The notes beneath the pieces were generated by a model. The model was not told the origin of the DNA, searched no databases, and saw nothing but the letters and a program-made list of their open reading frames with translations. From the sequence record DRR723986_15183: a DNA stretch of 35,606 nucleotides; one strand, given 5' to 3'. The position numbers were made by a program, and so were the translations under genes. This document shows positions 9,722-17,556 of this stretch, in pieces (the stretch's first letter is position 1; each line of letters begins with the position of its first letter).

Positions 9722-10615
9722 TTATATCAGTTTAATGACACCTTCTTTCATGGCATAAGGTGAAATTGTAAGGGTTTTAATTTTTAATTTTTCTAAAACC
9801 CATTTAATCTTTATTGCGGCAATCGGTGCCATTTTTTTTCGAATCGGAATAATGAATGGATTCGCATTTCTTTCATCTAATGAAGATGCTATAATTTCAT
9901 CAAGCACTCTTATCACCTCATCTGCTGGCATATCTTCAAATTCGTTTTCGGGATACTCTCTCTTGTACAATAAGGCGTAAAAAGTTTCAAAAGAACCACT
10001 CGCTCCAATGAGCACATCCGCTTTCATGTCATCAAAAAATCCTCCTATATTTTTAGCTAAATATTCATTCACTCGCTGAATATCTTCTGATGAATACGGG
10101 TCTGAAAATTCAAACATCTGATAAATTCTAGCGGTGCCGATATTAAAACTATGCGCTTTCAAGATAGCCATTTTATCGGCAAAAATGAATTCTGTACTTC
10201 CACCTCCAATATCCATGATTACAGAAGTATTTTCAAAGTCATGTCCTATTTTAACCCCTTCGTAAATCAATTCTGCTTCGCGATCTCCTGATATCACCTC
10301 TACATCCAAACTCAACTCGTCACGAAGGCGAGCAACAAACTCACTTTTGTTTTTCGCATCACGAACAGCTGACGTAGCAAAAGCCTTTAATTTTTCTACG
10401 CCTAACTCAGTGCTTTTTAGGATATATTCTTTTAAGGTTTGAATTCCTCTAGCTATGGCGTCTTCAGCTAATCTTCCGTCATTGATTCCACCAAGGCCCA
10501 AACCTACACCTTGTTTGGCACTATATATTTTCTCAAAAGAATGAGCTGAACGATCGACAATCAATAAATTGAAGGTGTTTGTTCCTATATCTATGATACC
10601 AATTCGTTGTGTCAC
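9722..10615 (-). CDS. ppx: Exopolyphosphatase / pppGpp phosphohydrolase, Ppx/GppA family (short form)
   Basis: IIDIGTNT, ATSAVRDAKN, VISGDREAELIY, MDIGGGSTE, GASGS, AMKEG; lacks the C-terminal HD domain; GTG start. Confidence 0.9.
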   Translation of the reverse strand: MTQRIGIIDIGTNTFNLLIVDRSAHSFEKIYSAKQGVGLGLGGINDGRLAEDAIARGIQTLKEYILKSTELGVEKLKAFATSAVRDAKNKSEFVARLRDELSLDVEVISGDREAELIYEGVKIGHDFENTSVIMDIGGGSTEFIFADKMAILKAHSFNIGTARIYQMFEFSDPYSSEDIQRVNEYLAKNIGGFFDDMKADVLIGASGSFETFYALLYKREYPENEFEDMPADEVIRVLDEIIASSLDERNANPFIIPIRKKMAPIAAIKIKWVLEKLKIKTLTISPYAMKEGVIKLI

Positions 10616-10616
10616 C

Positions 10617-11942
10617 TTAGTGTTTTAACCATTTGAATATTTCTTTCCAAGATGCCTTTTTCCCATACATCAATATTCCAACACGATATACCTTGGCAGC
10701 GAGGTAAGTTGTAAAAATAAAAGTCCCTATCAACAAGACAACGGATATCGCTACCTCAACGCCATTAACTGTTCCGGCTGCAACACGCTGCAACATAATA
10801 ATTGGTGATGAGAATGGAATTTGAGATCCCCAAACCGCCGCGGGTCCATCTGGATTACCGAGTATAGAGAATGAAATAAAGTAAACAAACATCAACGGAA
10901 TCATCACAGGAATAATGAGTTGCTGCGTGTCGGTTTCAGAATCAGAAGCAGAGCCAACAATGGCAAAAATACTGCCGTATAAAAGGTAACCTCCAAGAAA
11001 GTAGATTACAAAAAGCGTTAGTAACACCGGCCATTGAATTTGCTCAAAAATGAGTGCCGCTATTTCATTGTCATTCCCTACGGCGTTTCCGGTTAATTCA
11101 GTACCCATCTGGGTCTCAGTCATTGCTTGAATTGCTGCGGGATCCATATCTGCCATGAAGAAAGCTTGAACACCTAAGAGGATAACTATGATCAATACAA
11201 TCCAAATTAAAAACTGGGTCAATCCAACCAAGCCAATGGCAATAATTTTGCCCATCATTAATTCGAATGGCTTGACGGATGAAACGACAATCTCAACTAC
11301 TCTACTGGTCTTCTCCTCCAAAACGCCTCGCATTACTTGTCCGGCGTATACCATCAAGAATACAAAAATCAGAATTGAAAAAGCGAACCCTACTGCCTGT
11401 GCTTTGGCTTTTCGGTCAGAATCATTTTCTCCATCAATGTCTTCGATATCCTGAAGAACAAACTTGAAGGATTGTTTAATTTTTCGATAAGTTGTAAGTG
11501 ATACACCTTGATCAATTGCAAAATACTCCTCAAGTCTCATTTCTAGTTTATTAGAAATGTATTTTTGCGTATTCAGATTGGGTTCATCTCTGTGAATGGC
11601 TTTGATTGTCTTGTTGGTAATGGTGTTTTTTCCAACACCGACATAGACATCATAATCTTTATACTCTTCAGTGTCAAACAAGTCAGGTCCTAAATCGTCT
11701 GGTGTAAAATAGAAGGTGGCGGGTGGATGTTCGTCCTGTCCAACAAAAATTTTACCTCCGCAAATGTCATCTGGATCCGAGACTAAAACTTTGAAATGTT
11801 TTTGTTCTTTCATTCCAATCCAAATGGCAGCAAAACCAACTGCTCCAATTAGAATTGGAACCAAAATGGTAAGCACAATAAAAGATTTTTTCTTGACGCG
11901 TGAAGTGTATTCACGATTGATGATTAGTCCTATCTTACTCAT
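10617..11942 (-). CDS. ABC-2 type exporter permease (NatB/YhaP-like)
   Basis: IINREYTSRVKKKSF, large extracytoplasmic loop, VLEEKTSRVVEIVVSSVKPFELMMGKI, IPFSSPIIM, YRVGILMYG. Confidence 0.92.
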   Translation of the reverse strand: MSKIGLIINREYTSRVKKKSFIVLTILVPILIGAVGFAAIWIGMKEQKHFKVLVSDPDDICGGKIFVGQDEHPPATFYFTPDDLGPDLFDTEEYKDYDVYVGVGKNTITNKTIKAIHRDEPNLNTQKYISNKLEMRLEEYFAIDQGVSLTTYRKIKQSFKFVLQDIEDIDGENDSDRKAKAQAVGFAFSILIFVFLMVYAGQVMRGVLEEKTSRVVEIVVSSVKPFELMMGKIIAIGLVGLTQFLIWIVLIIVILLGVQAFFMADMDPAAIQAMTETQMGTELTGNAVGNDNEIAALIFEQIQWPVLLTLFVIYFLGGYLLYGSIFAIVGSASDSETDTQQLIIPVMIPLMFVYFISFSILGNPDGPAAVWGSQIPFSSPIIMLQRVAAGTVNGVEVAISVVLLIGTFIFTTYLAAKVYRVGILMYGKKASWKEIFKWLKH

Positions 11943-12891
11943 CTTCGCCTCCTTCCTGCTTTAGGCTTTCACCCGAATCTTCTGTTACTGCTTGAATGAA
12001 GATATCGTTCATGGTTGGCATGATCTCATGTACCGATTCAATTTCTACAACCGGCATAACGGTTTTAAGTAAATCATTCAATTTATTTTCTTTCAATAAT
12101 TTGACATGAGCCACGGCTGTATCGTCATCTATTTGTTCTGAATGCTCCAATGAGAAATCTGCAAAAAGTGCGTTTGCAAAACCGAACATCATTCCTTTGA
12201 ATTGAACCGCATAGGTATGCGATCGGTATTGACTTTTTACTTCTTTCAATCCTCCTTCAACAATCAATTTTGATTTATTGATTAACGCAATTGAATCACA
12301 AATTTCTTCAACGGAATTCATGTTGTGTGTGGACAACATGATTGATGTGCCTTTTTCTTTGAGCGCGAGAATTTCTCTTTTAATCAATTCGGTATTGATG
12401 GGATCAAAACCACTGAATGGCTCATCAAGAATTAAGAGTTTGGGATCATGCAAGACGGTGATGATGAACTGAATTTTTTGTGCCATCCCTTTGGACAGTT
12501 CCTCTACTTTTTTATCGAACCATGAAGTAATTTCGAACTTTTCAAACCAGTACTCAAGGCGCTTTTTTGCCTCAGTTTTTGTCAAGCCTTTCAAACGAGC
12601 AAAGTACATGACTTGATCACGGACTTTCATTTTTTTATACAATCCTCTTTCTTCTGGTAAGTATCCGATAAACTCAATATCAGAGCGTTTAATCTCTCTT
12701 CCTTCTAAAAAGATTTGACCCGAATCAGGACCTGTAATTTGATTGATGATTCGAATAAGGCTGGTTTTACCGGCACCATTTGGTCCCAGCAAACCAAAAA
12801 TCTCTCCTTTTTTGGTTTGGATAGAGACATTATCAAGTGCAGTGTGTCCAGCGTATTGCTTCACTATATTATCAACACGCAACATTTCCAT
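11935..12891 (-). CDS. ABC-2 type exporter ATP-binding subunit (NatA/YhaQ-like, DUF4162-type C-terminus)
   Basis: Walker A GPNGAGKT, GYLPEERGLY, signature LSKGMAQK, Walker B LILDEPFSG, STH switch; 8-nt overlap with the permease. Confidence 0.95.
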   Translation of the reverse strand: MEMLRVDNIVKQYAGHTALDNVSIQTKKGEIFGLLGPNGAGKTSLIRIINQITGPDSGQIFLEGREIKRSDIEFIGYLPEERGLYKKMKVRDQVMYFARLKGLTKTEAKKRLEYWFEKFEITSWFDKKVEELSKGMAQKIQFIITVLHDPKLLILDEPFSGFDPINTELIKREILALKEKGTSIMLSTHNMNSVEEICDSIALINKSKLIVEGGLKEVKSQYRSHTYAVQFKGMMFGFANALFADFSLEHSEQIDDDTAVAHVKLLKENKLNDLLKTVMPVVEIESVHEIMPTMNDIFIQAVTEDSGESLKQEGGEDE

Positions 12892-13066
12892 AGTTCTACT
12901 TTATGAATTTATAAAGTTATAGCTAAAAAGCGGTGATTTGGTAACACTTAAGGCTAGTTGTTCACAGCAAATATTTGATTAAACATACTTTCAATTATAC
13001 TGTAGTATGGACGTTAACGATTCGCACAATTCTCATTTGACACAAGATTATAATTACAATTTGAAA

Positions 13067-13074
13067 TAATTTTG
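13067..13074 (+). promoter_or_regulatory. -7 element (TAATTTTG) upstream of the M48 gene
   Basis: Exact TAnnTTTG match 38 nt before ATG 13113. Confidence 0.5.
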
Positions 13075-13112
13075 ATTCCTTATATTTATGAGCTATTTAA
13101 ATACCCAAACTT

Positions 13113-15212
13113 ATGTCAATCCTTTACCCTCCTGTTCCGGCGAATATCCCCAAGGATATTACCAAATTGCCTGCTTCCTATAAATTCAAAGCGTTTTTAG
13201 CAATACTTGGAATACTATTTTTTTTCATCTCATACGCCGCAATGGTTGCTGGCATGACCTATCTTGTTTATTGGGCCTTCAGCTATGATATGATGAGCGT
13301 AAACCGAGTAACTATTCTTTTGAAAATTGGCGCAATTGCCGGATCTGTTATGTTATTAGTTTTCACTTTGAAGTTTATTTTAAAACTCAAAAATCACAAA
13401 GCAGAAAACAGAATAAAACTCAAGAAAAACAAGCAAACCGATTTGTGGATGTTTGTCGATAAAATCTGCGCACAAACGGGCGCACCTAAACCAAAAAACA
13501 TCTATCTCGATCCAGACGTGAATGCTTATGTACAGTACTCAAACGTTTGGCTTAGTCTGTTTTTACCAGTAAGAAAGGAACTCACGATAGGAATGGGGTT
13601 AGTGTCTTGTCTTAACTTATCAGAGTTTAGAGCTGTAGTCGCTCATGAATTCGGTCATTTTGCGCAGCGATCTATGAAGATAGGTAGTTATATTATTTCG
13701 GCTAACACCATTATTCATGACATGATTTATACGCGAGATAGATTTGACAATATTCTTGATCAATGGAGAGCTTCAGATTTAAGGTTAGCTTTTCCAGCTT
13801 GGATTATTACACCGGTCATCTGGATTATCCGACAAACACTTGCGTTGTTCTATCAGTTTTTAAATTTAATGTACGGCTTGTTATCCCGTGAGATGGAATT
13901 TAATGCAGATAAAGTTGCGGTTAGTACTTCAGGATCAGATGCAATTGTGTCTGCTCTTTGGAAGTTAGAACCAGGAAACGCCACTTGGAATGGAACTTTG
14001 AACCATGCTTATTTACTTGCTCAAAAAAACAAATTTGTTGAAAACCTTTATCATCACAATACCCTTGCCTTGGATCGAGAATCTTTAAAAATAAAGGATG
14101 ATTTTGAGGGATTAGAAACACATGAATTGGGCGGTAAAAAGTATTTTTCGCATTCTGAAAATTCGCATGTCAGTATGTATGCCTCTCACCCACCAAATGA
14201 TCTAAGACAGGCTAATGCCAAAAGCCCATATATCAACTGTGAAGAAGATCACAGAAGTCCATGGATTATTTTTAACAATACGGAAGAATTACAAAAGGAA
14301 ATGACCGGGATTATCTACAAACTTTACCTTGGAAAAGAATCTTTGGCAAATACGGAGATTGCGGAATTTGAACAATTTATAGTAGATGAACAAGAAGGAT
14401 CTAGTCTTTTGGAAGAGTTCGACAACGCCTTTGCAAACCGCTATTTTATTATCCCTACAGAAAAAAACCTTGAAGAAAAACAAACTAATTTTGGAAAGGA
14501 CATACAGAGTGAATATCAAAAATTGAAAACTGAACTCAATAAATTGATGAAACCGGTTCAGGAAATTGAAGAAAAAATGAACACTGTTCAATTAATTGCT
14601 CAAGGTGCTTCTAAAACCAAGTTTATTGAAATTGACGGTGAAAAATTCAAAAAAAGAAATCTGCAGAAAGGCTGGCAAATCCTAAATGAGAAAAGAGAGA
14701 AAATCTTTACTGAAGATTTTCTGGATTGGGACACAAACTTTTGTTCATTGCACTATCACCTCGCTAAAAAGCAAAAAACAGAAATAGAACTTCTCAATAT
14801 TTACAAGCAACATCAAACTATTGTAGAAGTTTACAAAACCTTTTCTGGGATAAGAAATACGCTCCATGAAAATTTACAGCGATTACAAGTGAGAAATGAT
14901 CTCACAGAATTAGACATTCGTAATTTCACCAATAAAGTAAATGAATGGGTAAAAACATTAAATTCTGAGCTCAATAAATTGGACAATTTAGAGTTTGTTC
15001 CAATGCCTAACATTGAGGATGTTGACGTCCTAAAAAATACTATAGTTGAGAATGGTGAAATCCCGACAGGTGGCGGCAAGATGTTTGAAAATGGTGAGTT
15101 TGATAAAATCTCGGCAAAATTAGAGGGGGCCTTGCAGCACCTTCAACGAATCGATCAAAAAAGCATGGGACTTATCCTTAGTACTCATCAGACATTGATA
15201 ACGGCAGAATAA
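13113..15212 (+). CDS. M48 (HtpX/Ste24-like) membrane zinc metallopeptidase with long helical C-terminal extension
   Basis: Two N-terminal TMs, VNAYV, AHEFGH zinc motif (13644-13658), REMEFNAD third ligand, YASHPP; about 320 aa E/K/Q/L-rich tail. Confidence 0.88.
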   Translation: MSILYPPVPANIPKDITKLPASYKFKAFLAILGILFFFISYAAMVAGMTYLVYWAFSYDMMSVNRVTILLKIGAIAGSVMLLVFTLKFILKLKNHKAENRIKLKKNKQTDLWMFVDKICAQTGAPKPKNIYLDPDVNAYVQYSNVWLSLFLPVRKELTIGMGLVSCLNLSEFRAVVAHEFGHFAQRSMKIGSYIISANTIIHDMIYTRDRFDNILDQWRASDLRLAFPAWIITPVIWIIRQTLALFYQFLNLMYGLLSREMEFNADKVAVSTSGSDAIVSALWKLEPGNATWNGTLNHAYLLAQKNKFVENLYHHNTLALDRESLKIKDDFEGLETHELGGKKYFSHSENSHVSMYASHPPNDLRQANAKSPYINCEEDHRSPWIIFNNTEELQKEMTGIIYKLYLGKESLANTEIAEFEQFIVDEQEGSSLLEEFDNAFANRYFIIPTEKNLEEKQTNFGKDIQSEYQKLKTELNKLMKPVQEIEEKMNTVQLIAQGASKTKFIEIDGEKFKKRNLQKGWQILNEKREKIFTEDFLDWDTNFCSLHYHLAKKQKTEIELLNIYKQHQTIVEVYKTFSGIRNTLHENLQRLQVRNDLTELDIRNFTNKVNEWVKTLNSELNKLDNLEFVPMPNIEDVDVLKNTIVENGEIPTGGGKMFENGEFDKISAKLEGALQHLQRIDQKSMGLILSTHQTLITAE

Positions 15213-15261
15213 TACTTCTACAGAAAATAATGTTTTTCAAATAGTGGGTACATTTAGATTC

Positions 15262-15849
15262 ATGATTCAAGATTACAGTCAATTCATTACCTCGGCTTTT
15301 AAGCCACTCGAGCTCCATAAAAGTACGCATGCTGATTTTTTTAACCTATGGACTGAAAATGAATTTAAACGTGGTGAAATCATTACCTCAAATCTTGAAA
15401 TCGAACGGAAATTCTATATTGTTATAAAGGGAGTTCAATGCATCTACGTGATCAACAAATCTGGAGATAAACAAGTAATTGGCTTTTCATTTGATGGGAG
15501 TTTTTCTGGCATTTATGATTCGTTTCTCCATGAAAAAAAATCTTCTTATACCTTGGAGGCACTGACAGCATCAAAAATGATTTCAGTGAATTTAGATCAA
15601 TACCATAGCTGGTTTGAACAATATCCAGAATTTGAACATTGGGGCAGAATTGCCCATCAAGAATTATTAATTGGGCGAGTAAATAGGGAAATCGAATTAA
15701 TAACCCTTTCTGCTGAAGAGCGATTTGAAAAGTTTTACGAACGTTGTCCAGAACCTTTAAAACAGATCCCTCAAAAATATATAGCTTCTTATTTAAATAT
15801 GAGTCAGGAAACTTACAGCCGGTTAAAAGGAAAATTTTTGATTTCTTGA
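15262..15849 (+). CDS. Crp/Fnr family transcriptional regulator
   Basis: cNMP-fold FKRGE..FYIVIKG..LEALT, C-terminal SAEERF..QIPQKYIASYLNMSQETYSRL HTH; ATG 15262 preferred over GTG 15244. Confidence 0.9.
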   Translation: MIQDYSQFITSAFKPLELHKSTHADFFNLWTENEFKRGEIITSNLEIERKFYIVIKGVQCIYVINKSGDKQVIGFSFDGSFSGIYDSFLHEKKSSYTLEALTASKMISVNLDQYHSWFEQYPEFEHWGRIAHQELLIGRVNREIELITLSAEERFEKFYERCPEPLKQIPQKYIASYLNMSQETYSRLKGKFLIS

Positions 15850-15861
15850 TTTACATCAAGA
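15844..15861. promoter_or_regulatory. Crp/Fnr-type operator TCTTGAT-TTAC-ATCAAGA
   Basis: 7-bp perfect inverted repeat with 4-nt spacer, containing the FNR consensus TTGAT-N4-ATCAA; overlaps the regulator stop codon and lies upstream of the DinB gene. Confidence 0.85.
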
Positions 15862-15902
15862 TTCAGCCGAGTTATTATCCTCAAATTTGAATAAAAAAAG
15901 AT

Positions 15903-16487
15903 ATGGCACGAGTAGAAATCCAAACAGATAATCAAGTTAAAAGGAATCATCAACTCAATGAATTCGTTCTGTCACTGCAAGATTATGATTTGGAGTTGCT
16001 TAGCAAAAGGCCAAACACTAAGAGTTGGAGTGTTTTAGAGGTAATAGAGCATATGAACATTGCTCATGAAGCTTATCGTGAAAAGATTGATAACACTCTA
16101 GATCAATTAGAAAACTCATCACATTCACAAGAATTGATAAAAGCGAGTGCGATCCCTTCATTTTTAATTAAAAGATTTCCTCCAAAACAAGGTAAAATCA
16201 AATTCAAAATGAAAACCTTTAAGCGATTTCAACCCGTTTTTAATTCAGAAAAAATAACATCAGAAGAAGCGGCAGAAGTATTTGCCAAATTTCAAAAATC
16301 TATTGAACACATTGCCAATGCTTTGGCCGTTTATCCTAGGAAAAAAGTGATGGATATAAAATTCCCTTCGGCCATTGGAGCTACTGTAAAATTCAACGTA
16401 GCGGAAGCTTGCGAATTTGTAATTTGTCACAATGAAAGACATGTGCAACAGATTGTTAACACCTTAAAAAAGCTTAGGAACGCATAA
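15903..16487 (+). CDS. DinB/YfiT family protein
   Basis: RPNTKSWSVLEVIEHM and CHNERHVQQI supply the three-His metal site. Confidence 0.88.
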   Translation: MARVEIQTDNQVKRNHQLNEFVLSLQDYDLELLSKRPNTKSWSVLEVIEHMNIAHEAYREKIDNTLDQLENSSHSQELIKASAIPSFLIKRFPPKQGKIKFKMKTFKRFQPVFNSEKITSEEAAEVFAKFQKSIEHIANALAVYPRKKVMDIKFPSAIGATVKFNVAEACEFVICHNERHVQQIVNTLKKLRNA

Positions 16488-16518
16488 GAAATTTGAGGAT
16501 TTTTTGTACCTTTCGACC

Positions 16519-17031
16519 GTGAATATCAGAAAAGCTCATAGGTCGGACAGAACGTGTATTGCAAAAATATACAATGAGGTTGCGGGAAAGGTCGAAGGCA
16601 TTACTCGTAGACCAGATGAGATCACAGAAACCTACATTTTTTCGCTTCTTAACAAATCTGAAGATGAATGCATCTTTTTAGTGGTTACTGATGACGAGGA
16701 CAATGTAATTGGATTCGGTCATGCTGAACGTTCAAATCTTAAAGCATATAGACACATTCTGTCCAACTACACCATTGTTGTTTCACCCAAATCTCAATTG
16801 AAAGGAATTGGAAGAGGTATTTTTATGGGGTTTATGGATTATATCACTAAAGAACGTCCGGATATTAAACGACTAGAAATGGAAGTTAAATATGATGTAG
16901 ACCGGATAAAGTTATTTGAGGCTACTGGTTTTAAAACTGAGGCGATTATTCCTGGTAGAGCACGTTATATTGATGACACTTTTTATGATGAAGTGTTGAT
17001 GGCTTGGGAGAATCCGAATTTCAAAGCCTAA
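16519..17031 (+). CDS. GNAT family N-acetyltransferase
   Basis: NIRKA start, VVSPKSQLKGIGR acetyl-CoA motif, LFEATGFKTEA, DEVLMAW; GTG 16519 likely (TTG 16504 alternative). Confidence 0.85.
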   Translation: MNIRKAHRSDRTCIAKIYNEVAGKVEGITRRPDEITETYIFSLLNKSEDECIFLVVTDDEDNVIGFGHAERSNLKAYRHILSNYTIVVSPKSQLKGIGRGIFMGFMDYITKERPDIKRLEMEVKYDVDRIKLFEATGFKTEAIIPGRARYIDDTFYDEVLMAWENPNFKA

Positions 17032-17037
17032 TTTTCA

Positions 17038-17508
17038 ATGGACATACGTATCATTATTATTCTTGCCGGAGCTTTCGCAGTTCTTCAAATTTTTAAAATC
17101 AAAGACCGATTTGCTCAAGTCATTCATGGCTTATATGCTTTGAGTTTCGGACTAAGCTTTGTTAATTCGGCGGCAGTTCGATTAGACAGCTTTTATCTCT
17201 TCGGTATTACACACGTTGTTGTAATTATTTACTTGATTCATAATTCTGAATTCAAACAACAAAAAAAACTGTTAATTGGAACAATGGCGATTATCCAATT
17301 ATTATCTACACTTTTTATTCTGGCTCAATGGCCTCACGTTCCTGTTGTAATTTGTTTTGGAATTGTCACCATTGCTGCTTTTATCTATGCGTTGACAAAA
17401 GATATCGTATCCTATAAAAACGAGATTGGTTTCATGGTCGTTTTAGTGGCTGATGCCCTCGTAAAACTGATTACGATTTTACCAGTTTTGATGGCAACTA
17501 ACAATTAG
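17038..17508 (+). CDS. Hypothetical integral membrane protein (5-6 TMs)
   Basis: 156 aa, almost entirely hydrophobic segments; 6 nt after the GNAT stop. Confidence 0.7.
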   Translation: MDIRIIIILAGAFAVLQIFKIKDRFAQVIHGLYALSFGLSFVNSAAVRLDSFYLFGITHVVVIIYLIHNSEFKQQKKLLIGTMAIIQLLSTLFILAQWPHVPVVICFGIVTIAAFIYALTKDIVSYKNEIGFMVVLVADALVKLITILPVLMATNN

Positions 17509-17556
17509 CCACACCATTTCTCTAAAGAATTCGTAATTTTATATAAAGCCATTTGT

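Noticed and set aside
12892..13112. ncRNA or riboswitch in the divergent ABC/M48 gap (short palindromes CAAATATTTG, ATACTGTAGTAT, CGTTAACG)
   Set aside because: Only short AT-rich palindromes, with no extended stem, terminator or recognisable aptamer
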